DNA of 64,000 nucleotides from an uncultured Gammaproteobacteria bacterium (GTDB lineage Bacteria; Pseudomonadota; Gammaproteobacteria; JAURND01): NCBI GenBank assembly GCA_963714975.1, contig CAVQQD010000002.1, positions 32,001 to 96,000 of the forward strand, read 5' to 3'. Shown piece by piece: positions 62,507 to 64,000 of this stretch (position 1 is its first letter; each line of letters starts with the position of its first letter). The notes under the pieces were generated by a model. It saw only the letters and a program-made list of their open reading frames with translations, ran no database searches and was not told where the DNA came from. The position numbers and the translations under genes were made by a program.

Positions 62507-63997
62507 TTATTTTTCATCGTTGATGTAATTTTCTAAAATTTTTAAGTTCTCGACCGGAAAAAACAAGCCTACCTTGCTTCGTCGCCATAAAATATCTTCA
62601 GCAGTTTGCGCCCATTCTTTTTGCATTAGATAATCTATTTCGCATTGATAAAGATCTGCGCCAAATTTCCTACCTAAGTCTGCCAAGTTTTTTCTTTCCT
62701 GCAAAAAATCCTGTGCGAGAGATCCATAACTGTATACATAGCGCGTTGCTAATTCGCTAGATAACCAAGGGTATTGAGCTGAAAATTCACGGTGATACGC
62801 TTGTATGTCCTGGTTAGGGATATTTCCTCCTGGGAGAGGACCGTTCGTGGTCCAAGCAGGTCCCATCTTAGGAAAAAATGGCGCTAATTTTGCTAGCGCG
62901 TGTTCTGCTAATTTGCGATAGGTAGTAATTTTCCCGCCAAACACTGAGAGTAATGGGCAAGTGTTCTCGCTGGCATTGAGCTCTAGAAAATAGTCACGCG
63001 AAATCTCGCTTGAGTTTGCAATGTTGTGGTTGTGTAAAGGCCTAACCCCAGCATATGACCAAATTACCTGATTAGGAGATATCGATTGCCTAAAATAGTG
63101 ATTTACCGCGTCACACAAATAGCGCACTTCGTCTGGGCTAATTTGCGCAGCAGCAGGATCTCCTTGGAATGGAATATCCGTGGTGCCGATTAAACTGAAA
63201 TGCTGTAGATAGGGTATAACAAAAATAACTCGCTTATCAGCATTGATAAGAATAAAAGCATATTTCTCAGGATAAAGTTTAGGAATCACGATATGGCTAC
63301 CTTTGACTCCTGTTATATGGTGCATTGAGTCAAGGTGTAGCGTTTGCTGTAGAATACTATCAACCCAGGGGCCGGTGGCATTTATTAGCGTATGAGCAAG
63401 CAAAGTCGTTTTTGTCTGGTCACGGGTGTTTTCTAAAGTAACTTCCCATCCTTGTGAGCTGCGAGTGGCTGCTATTACGCGCGTGCGCGTGCGGATATCG
63501 GCGCCTAATTGCCGTGCTTGCAGTGCATTTAACACCACTAACCGCGCATCATCGACTTGGCAATCATAGTAACTAAAGCCAAGCGAGAATTGTTCTTTTA
63601 ATAGTTGACCAGCACGGTGATTTCTATAACGAATTGTTTGCGACTTAGGTAATTCATGGCGCTTACCAAGATGATCATAAATAAATAAGCCTAAACGGAG
63701 CATCCAAGCGGGTTTCAGCTGGGGATTGTGAGGTAAAATAAATTGTAGGGGGTGAATAATGTGCGGGGCTTTTTTTAGCAAGATCTCTCGTTCCTGCAGG
63801 GCTTCTTTGACTAAACGAAACTCATAATGTTCTAAATAACGTAGCCCGCCATGGATTAATTTACTGCTTTTTGAGGAGGTGGCACTAGCTAAATCGCCCT
63901 GTTCGCAGAGTAAAACGCGCAAACCCCGCCCAGCAGCATCTGCGGCAATGCCCACCCCATTAATTCCACCGCCGATGATTAGCAGATCAATAACCAT
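62507..63997 (-). CDS. glpD: Aerobic glycerol-3-phosphate dehydrogenase
   Basis: IIGGGINGVG, SSKLIHGGLRYLE, GGKITTYR, EDILWRR. Confidence 0.96.
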   Translation of the reverse strand: MVIDLLIIGGGINGVGIAADAAGRGLRVLLCEQGDLASATSSKSSKLIHGGLRYLEHYEFRLVKEALQEREILLKKAPHIIHPLQFILPHNPQLKPAWMLRLGLFIYDHLGKRHELPKSQTIRYRNHRAGQLLKEQFSLGFSYYDCQVDDARLVVLNALQARQLGADIRTRTRVIAATRSSQGWEVTLENTRDQTKTTLLAHTLINATGPWVDSILQQTLHLDSMHHITGVKGSHIVIPKLYPEKYAFILINADKRVIFVIPYLQHFSLIGTTDIPFQGDPAAAQISPDEVRYLCDAVNHYFRQSISPNQVIWSYAGVRPLHNHNIANSSEISRDYFLELNASENTCPLLSVFGGKITTYRKLAEHALAKLAPFFPKMGPAWTTNGPLPGGNIPNQDIQAYHREFSAQYPWLSSELATRYVYSYGSLAQDFLQERKNLADLGRKFGADLYQCEIDYLMQKEWAQTAEDILWRRSKVGLFFPVENLKILENYINDEK

Positions 63998-64000
63998 AGC

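Overview
This is a 64-kb chromosomal segment from a Legionellales (Coxiellaceae-like) intracellular gammaproteobacterium; the taxonomic call is inferred from gene content and recalled synteny. The housekeeping backbone is queE-cpoB-pal-tolB-tolA-tolR-tolQ, pilMNOQ, ruvCAB, rplU-rpmA-obgE, rpsT, an ABC and an OPT transporter, engB, fba, rocD, metG, rnfB-like, cfa, nth, epmB, tyrP, parC, adk and glpD. Five kinds of accessory DNA are interleaved with it. (i) A decayed phage-satellite-like island at tRNA-Lys. (ii) An intact IS110 element whose non-coding left end can be read directly as a bridge RNA: all four guide segments match its insertion site, its own ends, and empty copies of a dispersed host repeat elsewhere in the window. 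(iii) Eukaryote-like effector candidates: a kinase-LRR-ankyrin giant protein, a Rab1 mimic and a Wip-like phosphatase. (iv) Two unrelated paralogous arrays of small two-helix membrane proteins, one embedded in and translationally coupled to the tol-pal operon, the other behind a PmrA-like box; these are hypothesised to be Inc-like vacuole-membrane effectors. (v) Many palindromic repeats and MITEs. Several single-base frameshifts, including one in essential metG, suggest the assembly may contain indel errors.
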